Shown here piece after piece: positions 40,478 to 55,443 of a stretch of 64,000 nt of DNA. The stretch lies in the NCBI GenBank assembly GCA_012295275.1, contig CM022677.1:6448001-6512000 (forward strand), given 5' to 3'. How positions within the stretch are numbered: position 1 is the stretch's first letter; each line of letters starts with the position of its first letter. Origin of the DNA: Chrysomallon squamiferum. Taxonomy: Eukaryota > Animalia > Mollusca. The notes under the pieces are model-generated. The model did not search any database and had not been told where the DNA came from. It was given only the letters and a program-made list of their open reading frames with translations. Both the position numbers and the translations under genes were made by a program.

Positions 40478-41277
40478 CTGTTGCCGTCGTACTGGCGTTG
40501 TTCCTAACATTATTCGTTTACTTATTATTTTTCACGTTTTACTAACTATTTTACTTACTTTCTTAGGGTGCACATCCTTTTCAAAAATATATTACTCTTA
40601 TTAGAATTAACGTCGATTACTTATTTCTGTTAGTTTTCACGTTTTATAAACTGTTATTCTTACTTTCTTAGTGTGTACATCCTATTTGAAAATATATTAC
40701 TATATATAAATATATATCCGTATTAGAATTAACGTCGTATACTTATTTCTGCTGACGTCGCTGCTGTATGACCATTCTCCTTGATGTTGTTGGTGTACTT
40801 CTACTTATTGTGTTGCGCTTTCTATTAATTGTTAGTCTCACTTTCAGTGTCCAATCACATATTAAAGTTTTTATTATTATTACTATTAATGTCGCTGTCT
40901 AGTAACGGTATTGCTCCTAATGTTGTTCGTGTTCTTCTTCTTATTCTTTAGCGTTTTCTATTAATCATTATTCCTACTTTCTTAGTGTGCACTTCATATT
41001 TTGATAAAAATTCTCATTTCTGTTAGTGTCGCTGTCGTTGCCGTCGTACCTGCGTTGATCTTAACGACTCGGTGCACTCATTATTCTTTTCTTTGTTTTT
41101 CCTCCTTTTTGTTAACTATTATTCTTACTTTCAGTGTGCCCATCCTCTGTTAAAATATATCAGTATTATTAATATTAATGTCGACGACGTGGCCGTTGTA
41201 ATGGCGCTGTTCCTAACGTGTACTTCTGCTTATTGTGTTGCTGTTTATATTAATAGTTAGTGTCACTTTCACTGTGC

Positions 41278-41280
<3 letters not shown>
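40478..41280 (+). repeat. Degenerate satellite-like repeat array, same family as 25955-26390
   Basis: Recurrent GTTGCCGTCGTAC..., TTCCTAA, TACTTTC(TT)AGTGTGC, ATTAACGTCG. Confidence 0.7.
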
Positions 41281-41354
<74 letters not shown>

Positions 41355-41579
41355 CATCATCATTTTTATCAGTATTATTATTATTTTATTTATTTTATTT
41401 TAAGACATTTCACATATTTGACATGACGCTCTCTTAAAAAATTCACAGAACTCTTTATCACATTAGTGTTGTAAAACATAAACACTTCGGAAATACGGAA
41501 CAGAACGACGTCGGACAGACTTAAGATTGTATAGTCTATATGGGAAACAGAGAAACTTTAGAAAAAACAAAAGTAGAAA

Positions 41580-41623
<44 letters not shown>

Positions 41624-42540
41624 TAATCATAATAAATAAATAAACTGTCAATGTAAGTAAATTTCTCTTTAACCATCCATAATACCCTTTTACAGGAAAA
41701 TACGCGATGATGAACTATAACAGGTAGTTTTAAATTTTAGAGTTAAGATAATTAGCTATGGCGAGTTTTGTGTAACAAACAAAGTTTTAAAATTTGTGTG
41801 TTTGCTCTTTGAATTCGATGTTTTCACTGACATCTACAGTAATCTAATAATTTGTAATCTTTGCACAGTCAGGCGGACCCTTTTATGAAATGGAGGTTGA
41901 AATTTTCAGTTTGCTTTGATTAGCGTTTGACAGCGGTTTGGTCAGATATTTTTCTCACTTGTTTTGGTAGGGTCATTTTGCAGCGTAATTTGTGTCATTA
42001 AAGGGCACACATACACAAACACACACACACAACACACACATACACACACTCAAACATACATACACACACAAACAAACACATACACACACACCACTTAAAA
42101 CGTATAGCAATATACTTATTCTGCTCTAATTAGGTTTCAGTTGACTGATTCCATTTCTTAAATTAGGTTTCAAAATCCGTAAATACATTTATTGACAAAG
42201 CTGTAGAATCAGCTGCACATTATCACCATATTTCATATAATAATTAATAATGGGAAATCACTTTAATTACACTAACAGAAAATACTAATTTTACTCAGTC
42301 AGATTTGTTACACACATACACACACACACACACACACGTACGTGTAGAACCTTCTTCTACAAAATTACTTCTTTGGAAACTGGTTTTTAACGTGACCTCT
42401 GTTCATAATACAACACTTGACTACTGTGCTAATTCACGTTTCAGTGAGTCAGTCTGTTATAACTACCCAGGTGTAGCCAGTAATAGATCTGCTTTAGTAA
42501 CCTCGGCTAGTTTTCTGTTACATGAACCGTAACAAAGAGC

Positions 42541-42607
<67 letters not shown>

Positions 42608-42696
42608 TTGCTATCTACACTTCTTGATACTCATAAACCATTAAATTTGTCTGCTGTATAATTTATTTATTACTTATTTATTTATTTATTTATTAC

Positions 42697-42733
<37 letters not shown>

Positions 42734-43942
42734 GACACTAACTTTTAATAATGTTTAACTTAATACAGGAAAGCAAGTCAGATTTTATAGAAATTTTATC
42801 TTTGATCATTTTTTGTTTTAGCTTATACAATCTTAGAGGCGTGTTCGTGTCTTGGCGAGATGAACATAGTCTACTGTGGTATTTGATGTGAACATAATAT
42901 TTTCACTTACTTCATTTTAATATTACTTCTACTTGTAAATATTTAGAACAATTGTGTTTATTTGGACACCTATTTCTATCATTAGTAGTAATAATCAGTT
43001 ATTATTACTTGTAAATATTTAGAGATGATTATATTTTTATTACGACTATTATTAGAACTAGTATTTTATTGTTAGTTCTTGCAAGATATAACTCTATTAA
43101 GTCTAGGGTTAGTAATAACAAACTCTAATATTTTTGTTATTGTCACTTCTAATTATAAATATTAAGTCCTGCTAGAAATTATCAATAAAAACAGATTTTA
43201 TTCTATAAATCTGCCATCTAAGCAAATAATGTAACGATACTAGTTTAATTATTATTTCACAATATTTTATTATTATATTTTATTTTAAACACGTGAAAAT
43301 GAAAGGAAGTATTTTGTAGACTGTAGATAAAGACACCCGTAACGTAATCAATATTTGGAACGCAATGAACATTTATTCCTCGGCTCTCTTTTCTCCCACA
43401 AACACGACCCCTGGCGTCGTTCAGCCTAACTTACTCTGATTGTCTGATACATTTTTCCCGGTCAGTTCTCGAGTTAAGTTACAGATTATTTCATGCAACA
43501 AAATAACCAGATTGTATTTCTTGACTCATCTACACGAAGCCAGAACTGCTTTAAAGGAACTTTCATAATAATCAGAACGATACGCCCCGTCTTATCTCTA
43601 GTACATTCAATATAACGAAACTTCTTTTTCGTTGATGTGAAAAGTCGTGGCAACTGAACAAATGTATGTGTTTGTGTGTGCATGCGCGGGTGCGTGCATG
43701 TGTATGTTTCTTTATATATTCAGTTAACAACACTTGTAAATGAAAAGAAGTATTTTGAAGACTGGCCATAACCTTGATTATTTGGAATGCAGTGAATATT
43801 TTCCCTCAACTTTTCTCCGAAAGACATGACTCGTGACTTCCTTTACCATAACTCGATCTTACTGGACCGTTAACTTTTGTGAGTCGGTCTTCGTCTTAAA
43901 ACCAGCCGTCTGGTTGGTAGAGAGGTAGAGAGGTAGAGAGAG

Positions 43943-44062
<120 letters not shown>

Positions 44063-44918
44063 ACACACACACAGAAAGTGACAGAGACAGAGAGCGACAG
44101 AGAGAGAAAAACAGAGACAAAGAGACTCAGAGAAAGAGAGAGATAGAGACAAAAATTGAGAGAGAGACAGAGATAAAGAGAGAGAGATTGTTTTAGTGAA
44201 ATGGTTCTGATCATTCACATATTGCAATAATTTATACTGATTTCAGAATCTATCTTATCTATCTGTATATCTATCTACATATATAAAAATGTTACTTTCG
44301 CTGATAAATTGTTAATTATAATTATTTCCCATTATTATTATTAAAATGCTAGTAGTAGTAGTAGTAATAGTACTAGTAGTAGTAGTAGTATACTAACTGC
44401 AATTATATTACAATTCAGATTTACATGGTATATGGAGTATGTGTCGTATCAGTAGTTGTAGTAAAAGTAATAATGACAATACACTTTGTGTCTGCCTGTG
44501 TGCACGTGCACGTTTGTGCATGTAGATAAGTAGACAGATAGCTTAGATAGATGCTTAAATCACTATACATTTTTGCAATATAGTAAAATAAAATATATTA
44601 AATCATGTCACTGAGTAGAATATAACAGTAGTTTCTTTTTACTTAAATATATATGTACATAATTATGTGCCAGTAGATGCTTCTATTATGGATGACTCGA
44701 TAAAGAAAGGCAGGTGGGTGTATGTGTAAATGAATACACACACACATTCTACATGTGTCCATACGTCCATGCAAAATAGTGGAGAAGAAAAACTAAAAGT
44801 GGAAGAAAAAAGAAATATCATTAGATAGAACTTTCAAAAGATTCTATTCAGCCTTAAAGAAATTTTAATTTTTAATAATTAAATTACTACTGTGTCTTTT
44901 CCTCTTGCTGAATGTACC

Positions 44919-45730
44919 ACTAGCCTACTTGATACTACATGGCACAACTAGCTTACTTGATACTCCATGGCACAACTAGCCTACTTGATACTCCATGGCA
45001 CAACTAGCCTACTTGATACTCCATGGCACAACTAGCCTACTTGATACTACATGGCACAACTAGCCTACTTGATACTACATGGCACAACTAGCCTACTTGA
45101 TACTACATGGCATGGCAACAACTAGGATACTACATGGCACAACTAACCTACTTGATACTACATGGAACAACTAGCCTACTTGATACTACATGGCACAGCT
45201 AGCCTACTTGATACTACATGGCACAACTAGCTTACTTGATACTACATGGCACAACTAGCTTACTTGATACTACATGGAACAACTAGCTTACTTGATACTA
45301 CATGGCACAACTAGCCTACTTGATACTACATGGAACAACTAGCCTACTTGATACTACATGGCACAACTAGCCTACTTGATACTACATGGCACAACTAGCC
45401 TACTTGATACTACATGGCACAACTAGCCTACTTGATACTACATGGCACAACTAGCTTACTTGATACTACATGGCACAACTAGCCTACTTGATACTACATG
45501 GAACAACTAGCCTACTTGATACTACATGGCACAACTAGCCTACTTGATACTACATGGCACAACTAGCCTACTTGATACTACATGGCACAACTAGCCTACT
45601 TGATACTACATGGCACAACTAGCCTACTTGATACTACATGGCACAACTAACTTACTTGATACTACATGGCACAACTAGCTTACTTGATACTCCATGGCAC
45701 AACTGGCCTACTTGATACTACATGGAACAA
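44919..45730. repeat. 28-bp minisatellite, about 29 highly similar copies
   Basis: ACTAGC(C/T)TACTTGATACT(A/C)CATGG(C/A)ACA head to tail with no spacers. Confidence 0.97.
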
Positions 45731-45868
45731 CACACACACAAACATGTACAGACAGGAAATAGACAAATAATGTTTATATACAAATAATAAATAAAACTAA
45801 TAAATAAATAAATAAGAAAACAAATAATAAGAAAAATATTGTTACTGCGCAGGTTCCTCCATTTCTTC

Positions 45869-45899
<31 letters not shown>

Positions 45900-46105
45900 G
45901 GGAACGTGTACTACTACTACTAAAATATTATTACTGTTCATTCAGTTCTGCTCTAAAAATAAAATTAAAATAATTAAATATATAAATAAATAAATAAATA
46001 AATAATGATTACTGTGCAAGTTCCACCATTTCTTCCCGCTGTGATGATGACGAGGTGAATGTCGCGTATCATCACCTGATACACGTCGTTCATTTTCTGA
46101 CTCAC

Positions 46106-46217
46106 TCTCTATCAAACCCCACCCTATTACTGTGCTGTCTTCTCCCACAAAATCAGGGGCGTCGCTAGGGGCTAGGATACCAGCCTCGATGTTGGGATCG
46201 CTGAGGTCAAAGGGGTC
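46106..46217 (-). pseudogene. Orphan exon fragment of a trypsin/chymotrypsin-family (S1A) serine protease
   Basis: DPFDLSDPNIEAGILAPSDAPDFVGEDSTVIGWGLIE followed by A|GTGAGT (donor at 46105). Matches the F-x-G-x-x-C-x-I-x-GWG segment, with Ser where Cys is expected. No His- or Ser-motif exons recognised nearby. Confidence 0.7.
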
Positions 46218-46277
46218 AGAAGAAGATTTTACTCTAGAATGATTTTTTACTACCATATTCACTTAAAGTTTTAGGAA

Positions 46278-46332
<55 letters not shown>

Positions 46333-47218
46333 TACACATTTCAGTGTAAATCACTTTGCCCCAAAGATTAATATAATAAGGAAAGATAATTTTATTCAAC
46401 TGGTTTTGTGCTAAACCAGGAAGTGTTGTGTACGTACTTCTTCTTTCTCTGTTCTCTGTTATTACACATGTACACACAGGCAGATAGAGAAATAATGTTT
46501 GTATGTCAGTAATAACTAAAAGACAACAAATAAACAAACAAACAAACAAACAAAAAACAACAACACGAAAACACTTATGACAAACATAATATTGGAAATA
46601 GAAATTGTTAACACAGACACACAGGTAGGTAGATAAATAATGTTTATAAATTATAATTATAAAATAAAAAAATAATAAAAAAATTAAAAGTTAAAAAGAA
46701 AAAGGTAACGATAATATTAAACATAGTATTGCTGTGCAAGTGCCTCATTTCTGCCTCTAAAAATGAAAACACTCTGAATATGAACACAACAAAGACACCT
46801 TTAAAACTGTTTTGGCACTAGTCCTGAACATTCAATATAGCAATAAAGAATAAAGTACACCAGAACAATAAATGTGTATTATATATCGTTGTGTTATTAT
46901 GAGGTTATCACAGGTCGTCATATCCAATACAAAATAGGAGTTCAAAATGTCTTTTGCTAAATCGTTTAATTTTGGCGGTTAAAATGACCTTATTTAGAAA
47001 CTTGTTTTAACGTGAAATCTGTTCAAACACTTGACTGTTTTATTATTGTGCTTTTTCACTGAACTGATTTATGTGGATCATTGTTTTCGCTGCCCTGTTT
47101 TACAATAAAGTAATAGATATAATTTTAGAAAACTTTGTTGGCTACTTTTCTAGCCAACACTGAGACACACAAATTATCAAAGAGAAAATAATAATAATAA
47201 CAACAACAATAATAATAA

Positions 47219-47249
<31 letters not shown>

Positions 47250-47254
47250 AAGAA

Positions 47255-47288
<34 letters not shown>

Positions 47289-47779
47289 CGTAATGTTATT
47301 ATAATGAGAAGGTGAGAAAGATAATAATATTAGTGCTGTTAAAAGCTATAAAATTAAAAAATAACGATAACCTTTTTATTACACTTTCCTCTAAGATCAG
47401 TCTAAGCTGAAAGTGTTATGACATTTTCGAATTTAGTAAAGACAAACCAGACTAATTTTAGCGAAAGCTACAGAAAACAGGAGATTTTCTTTGGCATTTT
47501 TTCTTCTAAACCGATTTGTGGAAGAAGAACAAGAAAATTCGTAAGTTCCGACATAAACATTTATTGTTTATAATCCAGTGAGTTACTCTCATTTGATATA
47601 AAGATAAAATTAACATGATAATATAATATCAAGTAATATGATCACGTATATTACAAGAGAGTAACGGTAATTCATTATATTTATTTGAGTATATCTAAAA
47701 ATATAAATACGTTTTCTATGATATTTATTTATTTATCATCACCATCAGCAGCAGCAGCGTTATTATTATTATTATTATT

Positions 47780-47824
<45 letters not shown>

Positions 47825-48715
47825 ATTATTATTAAATGGACAGTTAAGTTAAATGACAAGATGCAGATTATATAATATTAAAATTATTTAGTTTAAATTA
47901 AGTGTTTGAATGTTGGCCACCTCTGTATAAACAAATATCACATCATTTTATTCTTGTTCTATTTTACTGTGATCAAGAAATGTGGTTAATTTCAGATTAA
48001 TAATCAAACACCAAAACACCACACACGCACACAAAGAAGAAGACTGGAATCTTTTTACTCGCAGGTTTGTTCTGAAAAGCTGGGTTTTTGCTAGATCACC
48101 ATGATCTCGTTTTCCTGCATTGTAAATATCACCAGAAACATGCTGAAACATGTGTTAAATTTTCCGAACAAGATAGTCATGATTCAATTATTTAAGGAGT
48201 ACGTTCAAACGGACATGAGGTATATAAAACAGCTTACTGTGATCGGTTTGATTCGATTGTTTATGCGTAGTTATGGTGAAGCGCTAGAAAACGTCAAAGC
48301 GGTGGAAGTAATCTTACTATACCTTGATAGCGTTATTCAGTCAGAGTTATTTTACGTAAACATTTTCATTCTACAGTTATTAGTATTAGTATTAGTATAA
48401 GTCATAGCAGCAGTAGCTTTTTTCACGTACTTTTTAAGGTTTATTATTATTATTTTTCCTGGAGTTACCACTCTTTATAAAAAAAAAAAACGCATTCTGG
48501 AATAGATTTTTTAGGTTTTTTTTCGGAAAGGAAGAACTTGAAAAGAAGAAGAAAGAAAATTAGTTACATTTTGTTGTGTTTTGATTCCTCTGAACCGGGT
48601 GGCAGCTGAAAAACAAGAAAATTGGTAAGATGCTTTTCTTTCTTTCTTTATTGTTGCTCTAGATATATTTTGTTACATTTTACATATTTTTTTTTTAATT
48701 AAATAAATGGATGCC

Positions 48716-48718
<3 letters not shown>

Positions 48719-48790
<72 letters not shown>

Positions 48791-49064
48791 GGTAAGAAAA
48801 ACAGACACAGAGAAAGCGAGAGAGACAGAGAGAGTCAGCGATAAAGAGAGTTCCATAGATAGACAGAGAGAGAAAGAGAGACAGAGAAGGAGAGAGAAAG
48901 GGAGAGAGACGGAGAGAGAAAGCGAGAGAAACGGACAGAGAGACAAAGAGACAAATAGATATAGAGTCAGAGAAGGAAAGAGATAGAGCGAGACAGAGAG
49001 AGACAGAGAGAGAAAGAAAGACAGGGACAGAGATAGCCAGAGAGAGACAGAGAGAGCTTCAGAC

Positions 49065-49152
<88 letters not shown>

Positions 49153-50438
49153 GGAGAGAGAGTAAGAGATAAAGAGAAAAAGAGAGAGAGCAGAGCGAGA
49201 AAGAGACAGACAGAAAAAGACAGGGGAGAGAGAAAGAGACAGACAGAAAAAGACAGGGGAGAGAGAAAGAGACAGAGAGAGTCAGAGAGACACCGAGAGT
49301 TACACACTAGAGAGAGAAAGAGAGAAAAAGGAAGAGAGAGGAGAGAGACAGAGAGACAAAGAGTGGAAAAAACAGACAGAGAGATAGACAGAGAGAGAAA
49401 GCGAGAGAGACGGAGAGAGAGAGTCAAAGAGACATATAGGGACAGTCAGAGAAAGAAAGAGGTAGAGCAAGAAAGAGAGAGACAAAGAGAGAAAAAGAGA
49501 CAGGGACTGAGAGACACAGAGAGATTCAGACAGAAAGAGAGAGAGATAGAGACAAAAGAGAGAGAGAGTAAAAGAGATAAAGAGAGAAAAAGAAATAGCA
49601 GAGAGATAAAGACAGAGACCGACAGATATCCCCTGAGACAGAAAGAGTGACAGATACAGAGAAAGACAGAGAGTCAGAGAGACAGCGAGAGAAAAACAGA
49701 CAGAGAGAGAGAGACAGGGAGAGACACTCAGAGAAAGAGGCAGATAGCGAGAAAAAGCGAGAGACAGAGAGAAGGAGAGACAGAGACAGGGAGACAGTGA
49801 GAGAAGGAGACAGAGACAGAGAGAGAAAGACAGTCATAGAAGGAGAAAGGGAAAGAGACGAAGAGATACAGGCAGAGAGAGAAAGAGAGAGAGAGAGAGA
49901 TAGATAGAGAGACAGACAGAGAGAGAAAGAGACAAAGAGAGAAAGCGAGAGAGGCAGAGTGAGACAGAGAGAGACAGAGAAAGACAGGTGAAAGAGACAG
50001 AGCGACTGAGAGAGACAAAGAGAGTCAGAGAGATAAAGAGAGTTTCATAGATAGACAGAGAAAGAAAGAGAGGCAGAGAGACAGATACTCAGATCGAGAA
50101 AGGGAGAGAGACGGAGAGAGACAGAGATACAGATACTCAGATCGAGAAAGGGAGAGAGACGGAGAGAGACAGAGAGAAGAGAGACAGACACAGAGAGAAA
50201 GATACTTGAGAGAGACAAAGAGACAGATAGATACAGTTAGAGAAAGAGAGAGAAGGAAAGAGATACAGCGAGAGAAAGAGTCAAAGAGAGACAGGGACAG
50301 AGATAGACAGAGGGAGACAGAGAGAGAAACAAGGAGAGAGAGTAAGATAGATAAAGAGAGAGAAAAAGAGATTCAGAGAGACACAGAGTGATAAAGAAGA
50401 GAAAGTTAGAGAAAGACAGAGTCAGAGAGAGAGAGAGA
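48719..50438. repeat. Long purine-rich (GA/GACA) low-complexity tract
   Basis: About 1.7 kb of almost only GA/GACA variants; source of many spurious ORFs. Confidence 0.95.
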
Positions 50439-51124
50439 TACATGATACAAATTGTCCCTTTCTGGAGTGGGATCCAGGTTGTAACCGAGTTTGTTCATAG
50501 CAGAAGGTTATGATTAAAGATCAAATGCTTTTAGCACACAAACACAGACACACACTCACACACACACATGCACAGACACACGCCACTAAATATTTAAAAT
50601 ACTGAAGACTGAAAAATCAAGGTACATGTGTAAAGAAAGTGAATAGTCAAAGTTGTCAGAAACTTTTTTCTTCTTCTTTTTAATCATATTAAAATGCAAT
50701 AATAAAGTCAAACGTTAATTATGTGAAATTAATATTAAAATAATAATAATACTAATATTACTACTACTACTACTACTAAATACGTAAATAAATAAATATA
50801 AATAAATAAATAAATAAACAGAATTAAAACAGTTATTTTACGACACCCAGGCACTGTGTTTCTCCGATTCTGTAGCTTCAGGCATATGGGCGGAGCTACT
50901 ATTACAGTGCTGTCTAAAAATGTGTACAAGCACTAGGGCTTTTAAAATTAAGTATTAAAAAGGTAATATTGTTTTTGTTTACTGACTGAAAATATAGAAA
51001 CGTATCTAGTGATCAAATATCGAAACAGTTTATAGTGATCTCAGGATCTATCTAATCTATCTATCTGTCTACATACACATACACACATGCACACAAGCAA
51101 GGACAACCTGTTTATTGTCATTAT

Positions 51125-51523
51125 CAATTTTACTGTAACACGCATTTAAAAAATAATGAAGTACACAAACTATGTTAAGGTAGTTGTCACCAGAATTTCA
51201 TAGAGAGGATCAATAAACATTAGCGCAAATTGTTAGTGATCATCAGTGATTTTTACGAAGAAATGGACTTGTGATTTTTATGTTGTGTGCACAATGCTTA
51301 GTTAATAAGAGGCACTGTTTTTTTGTTTTTTTTTGTTGTTGTTTATTTTTATTTTTTGTTATTTTATTATTAATTTGTTTTTGTTTTTTGTTTTTTGTGG
51401 GTTTCTTTTTTATCTTACAGATTATTTCTCTAAGACGTCATTAACATTGTTGTCGTTCTTGTGTCGTTGATGTTACTGTTCATACTGTTATTGTTATTAT
51501 TTCTTTATTGTTCTTGTTGTTAC

Positions 51524-51566
<43 letters not shown>

Positions 51567-52367
51567 GTTGTTGTTGTTGTTATTATTATTATTATTATTG
51601 CTATATGACGCATTGTATAAAATGTTTTATTCACAGATCTTTGACCCTCTCTCTCATTAATACGTACAAACAACAAAACTTAGTAACTGATATCTCAAAA
51701 ACATGACGATATACTAAATTGGATACCCCAGTGGGGATCTGTGATCGCGTGTTTGAAATCGCGGTGTTACAAACCATATTTCATCTTTTGTTTTCTATTC
51801 ACACTCGAAACCGCCAGTTCACTATTCAAGTTTAAACAAGATTTAATTTTGGCGGCTAACTGTATTATCTTTCTCCGTCCTTCTACAAAACTTGTTATGT
51901 TTATTATTACTACATGTGTGATAGACTATAACAGGCATTTTAAAAAATAATGAAGTACACAAACTATGTTAAGGTAGTTGTCACCAGAATTTCATAGAGA
52001 GGATCAATAAACATTAGCGCAAATTGTTAGTGATCATCAGTGATTTTTACGAAGAAATGGACTTGTGATTTTTATGTTGTGTGCACAATGCTTAGTTAAT
52101 AAGAGGCACTGTTTGTTTTTGTTTTTTGTTTTTTGTGGGTTTCTTTTTTATCTTACAGATTATTTCTCTAAGACGATTGTTGTCGTTTTTATGTCGTTGA
52201 TGTTACTGTTCATACTGTTATTGTTATTATTTCTTTATTGTTGTTGTTATTACTATTACTGTTATTATTATAATTATTATTATTATTATTATTATTGTTA
52301 TTATTATTATTATTGCTGTATGACGCATTGTATAAAATGTTCTATTCACAGATCTTTGACCCTCTCA
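51125..52367 (+). repeat. Tandem duplication (~785-bp spacing) homologous to 37160-37660
   Basis: GCATTT(T)AAAAAATAATGAAGTACACAAACTATGTTAAGGTAGTTGTCACCAGAATTTCATAGAGAGG at ~51142 and ~51935; related sequence at ~37172. Confidence 0.9.
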
Positions 52368-52399
52368 CATTAATATTGCTATAGCTGTTGCTTTTGCTA

Positions 52400-53006
52400 T
52401 TGTCTATTTAACTTTGGTATAGGTAAAATTGTTAATTCGAGAGAAGAGAGACAGTGAGAGTAGAGAGAGAGTGAGAGACAGAACAGAAAGCGAATGGGAG
52501 ACAGAACTGAAAGGGAGATAAAGAGTGTCAGAAAGAGATAGAGAGAGCGGTAGAATGACAGAGTCCGAGAGAGACAGAGAGTTTGAGCAAGAGTGAGAGA
52601 ATGAGTGAATATGTACGTATAGGTAAAATGTAAAATGAAACATACCTAGCTATATGAACAAGTCATGGCTGACTGCCTTCTGTATTAGGAATATCAGTTC
52701 ATATTTCGTCAGTCACCTAGGAAACAGAGACGTAGAATACCGCGGGAAAATTATCTCTATCCTACTGTAGCGCGTAAATAATTCCCTATAGCTTCTTAAA
52801 ATCTACAGAATGCGATAACTCAGTTTTTATTTATTTTATTTATTTCAAAACTTAATAAAAACAAATAATTGCCGCCTAATATTCATTGTAATAAATTAAA
52901 ATAAATTTTGCTTAAATTAGATAAATTTAATGAAAATATATATATATATTAAATTCTGTTTAAAGACAAACGTATGTGTGTATGTTTATATATGTATGTG
53001 CATGTG

Positions 53007-53057
<51 letters not shown>

Positions 53058-53480
53058 ATTTACTACCTATCGCTATAGGTATGTTATGTTTATATGTATT
53101 AATGAAAATAGTTTATATTTGTATGCTTGTATATATTTGTCTGCTTCCCACTTCATAATGATAAGAACGCTTCTAGTGTTTAAGAGCAGGAGAGACACAA
53201 ATTGTTATTTTTGTTGTTATTATTACTAGAAATAAAATGTGCTGTGTCAATGACTGATTTGCTATGTGATATTATTTACTTAAACAAATTGCGTCAGCCT
53301 CTATACATGGATTTATATTTTTATAATTGTTGTGGTACTATGTGACCTATCTCTTATTTTTATTTATATAACTGATGTATTTGTCTTACACAAATACAAA
53401 TGAACATTCAGAGGTCGCTGATAAAAAGTCACATCTGAAGTAAACACCTGAGTCTATTCATTTTTGTTACTTCAGATCAG
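52400..53480 (+). repeat. ~1-kb direct segmental duplication with 57145-58085 (older partial copy ~55840-56470)
   Basis: Long near-identical stretches, e.g. CATACCTAGCTATATGAACAAGTCATGGCTGACTGCC... and GAACATTCAGAGGTCGCTGATAAAAAGTCACATCTGAAG. Confidence 0.92.
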
Positions 53481-54199
53481 TTTACAGCTTTGTGAATGCT
53501 ACACACGCAGAACCCATGTTTATTTCTGACATTTTGCCTGTCATTCAGTTTCATTTCATTTCTTTATTTCTCTCTTTCTTTTTGTCTTTCTTTATTTCTT
53601 TGTTTGTTTTGCTCTTTCTTCTTCTTCTTCTTCTTGAATTTAATTTAATTACGCATTCATAGAAATTGTAGTAGATGGTCAGTGGTCTGCGTGGACAGTA
53701 CCCAGTAATGTAGTGATATTAGCAAAAACACTGCGAAAAAAATAATAAAAAGTCAATTTATTTCTGTTCATAGCAAGAATGAGTAAAACAAAAACGTTCC
53801 TATAATTTTGGCCTCTTGTTTCAAGCTTTATGTTTGTCTGCGATGCTGCTAATATTTATTCTGGAAATTTTAAGGATAAAATCTTAAAAAGACCCGGTAA
53901 TTGCACAACTTCTGGAAATAGTGTACATGAGTGTACATGTACTGACATGGATATTATGAAATCAAGTAAAGACGATGTGAATTTAGTGGAATTAATAACA
54001 CAGACACTATCATTCAGCCTTGTTCTGGAGATTTCTGTGGTAAGAATAAATAATTATATAAAATAAATATAGTAAAATAAATCTGGATACAGGAGTGTTA
54101 TAATAATATTAAAATTAATGAGTTAGATATTGCTAAGAATTAAATACATAGGTTAACAACAACAGAAAGAATGCCAATACTCTGTTTATCGACCTGTGA

Positions 54200-54251
<52 letters not shown>

Positions 54252-54411
54252 AAACTTATTTCATATACCGCTAGTTCGGATAAGAAATAAAGAGATAAAC
54301 TGAGATAAGTAATCTCACACAAAAACACAAAGAAGTCGGTTTGCCGAGGAACAGCAAGGAAAATCATAAGTTCCTTAATTAATTAAATAATAATAATAAT
54401 AATAATAATAA

Positions 54412-54442
<31 letters not shown>

Positions 54443-54759
54443 AAGAAGAAAATAATAATCTTTCTGACAATCTGAAATCTGAAGTGACATATTATTTGTT
54501 TGCTTATACTCCAGTGTTATTCTCATTGGATGTTTATATGAAATTACCATAATAATATAATATCAAGAAATATGATAATATATTTAATTGTATTTATATC
54601 CCCTCCTACTTAAACGTTTAAAAATATATTCTTATTTTGCTTTCTTCTTGTGATGATTATTAATTAATTAAAAATATTAACGAGATTGTTTCTTTATTTA
54701 TTCATATTCATATTATTCATATTCTTCTTCTACTTCTTCTTCTTCTTCTTCTTCTTCTA

Positions 54760-54819
<60 letters not shown>

Positions 54820-55319
54820 TTTCCTTTGGTTATTTGTCTCATTGTTTCAGATCTGTTATTTTATTGTAAAACAGGGTCGCGACAACACTGATTCACAGCA
54901 ATAAGCACAATAGTACAATAGTCAAGTGTCTGAATAGATTTCACGTTAATTCTAACAGCCCAGCTTAAACGAACGCGTTGTCTTCTTCTTTACCAAGATT
55001 TAGCACCGGACATTTTGAAATCCTATTTCGTATTGTAAACTGAGAGTAAACTGAGAGTAAACCCCCAAAATAACTCTACTATCTCCATCACAATACGTGT
55101 GTGTGTGTTTGTACTATTTATATCACTATACGGGTGTTTGTGTATGTCGTACTAATAATAATGATGAAAAAATAATAGTAATTATCATGATGACAATGAT
55201 TTAGACTATATAAAAAGATACAAACATGCCCATGCGAGAATGTACAGAAACCAGTCAGCCGTAATATGTTAATATATCTAAGTATGTCGATTTCTACATT
55301 TTACATGTATATACATGTA

Positions 55320-55443
<124 letters not shown>

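Noticed and set aside
41866-41895. QSGGPFL*NG resembling the protease GDSGGP motif
   Set aside because: It lacks GD, lies on the strand opposite the GWG exon, and the paralogous module at ~34320 does not conserve it.
44919-45730. 28-bp repeat array as CRISPR
   Set aside because: Units are contiguous with no unique spacers, there are no cas genes, and the context is eukaryotic.
48101-48400. 99-aa plus-strand ORF
   Set aside because: No recognisable domain, runs into a (TAG/TAT) repeat, and has no consistent splice partner.
48695-50443. Many RE-rich and LS-rich ORFs (also those at 5662, 8061, 32275, 43859, 55266, 59597, 61195)
   Set aside because: Translations of (GA)n, (CA)n or (TTA)n simple repeats.
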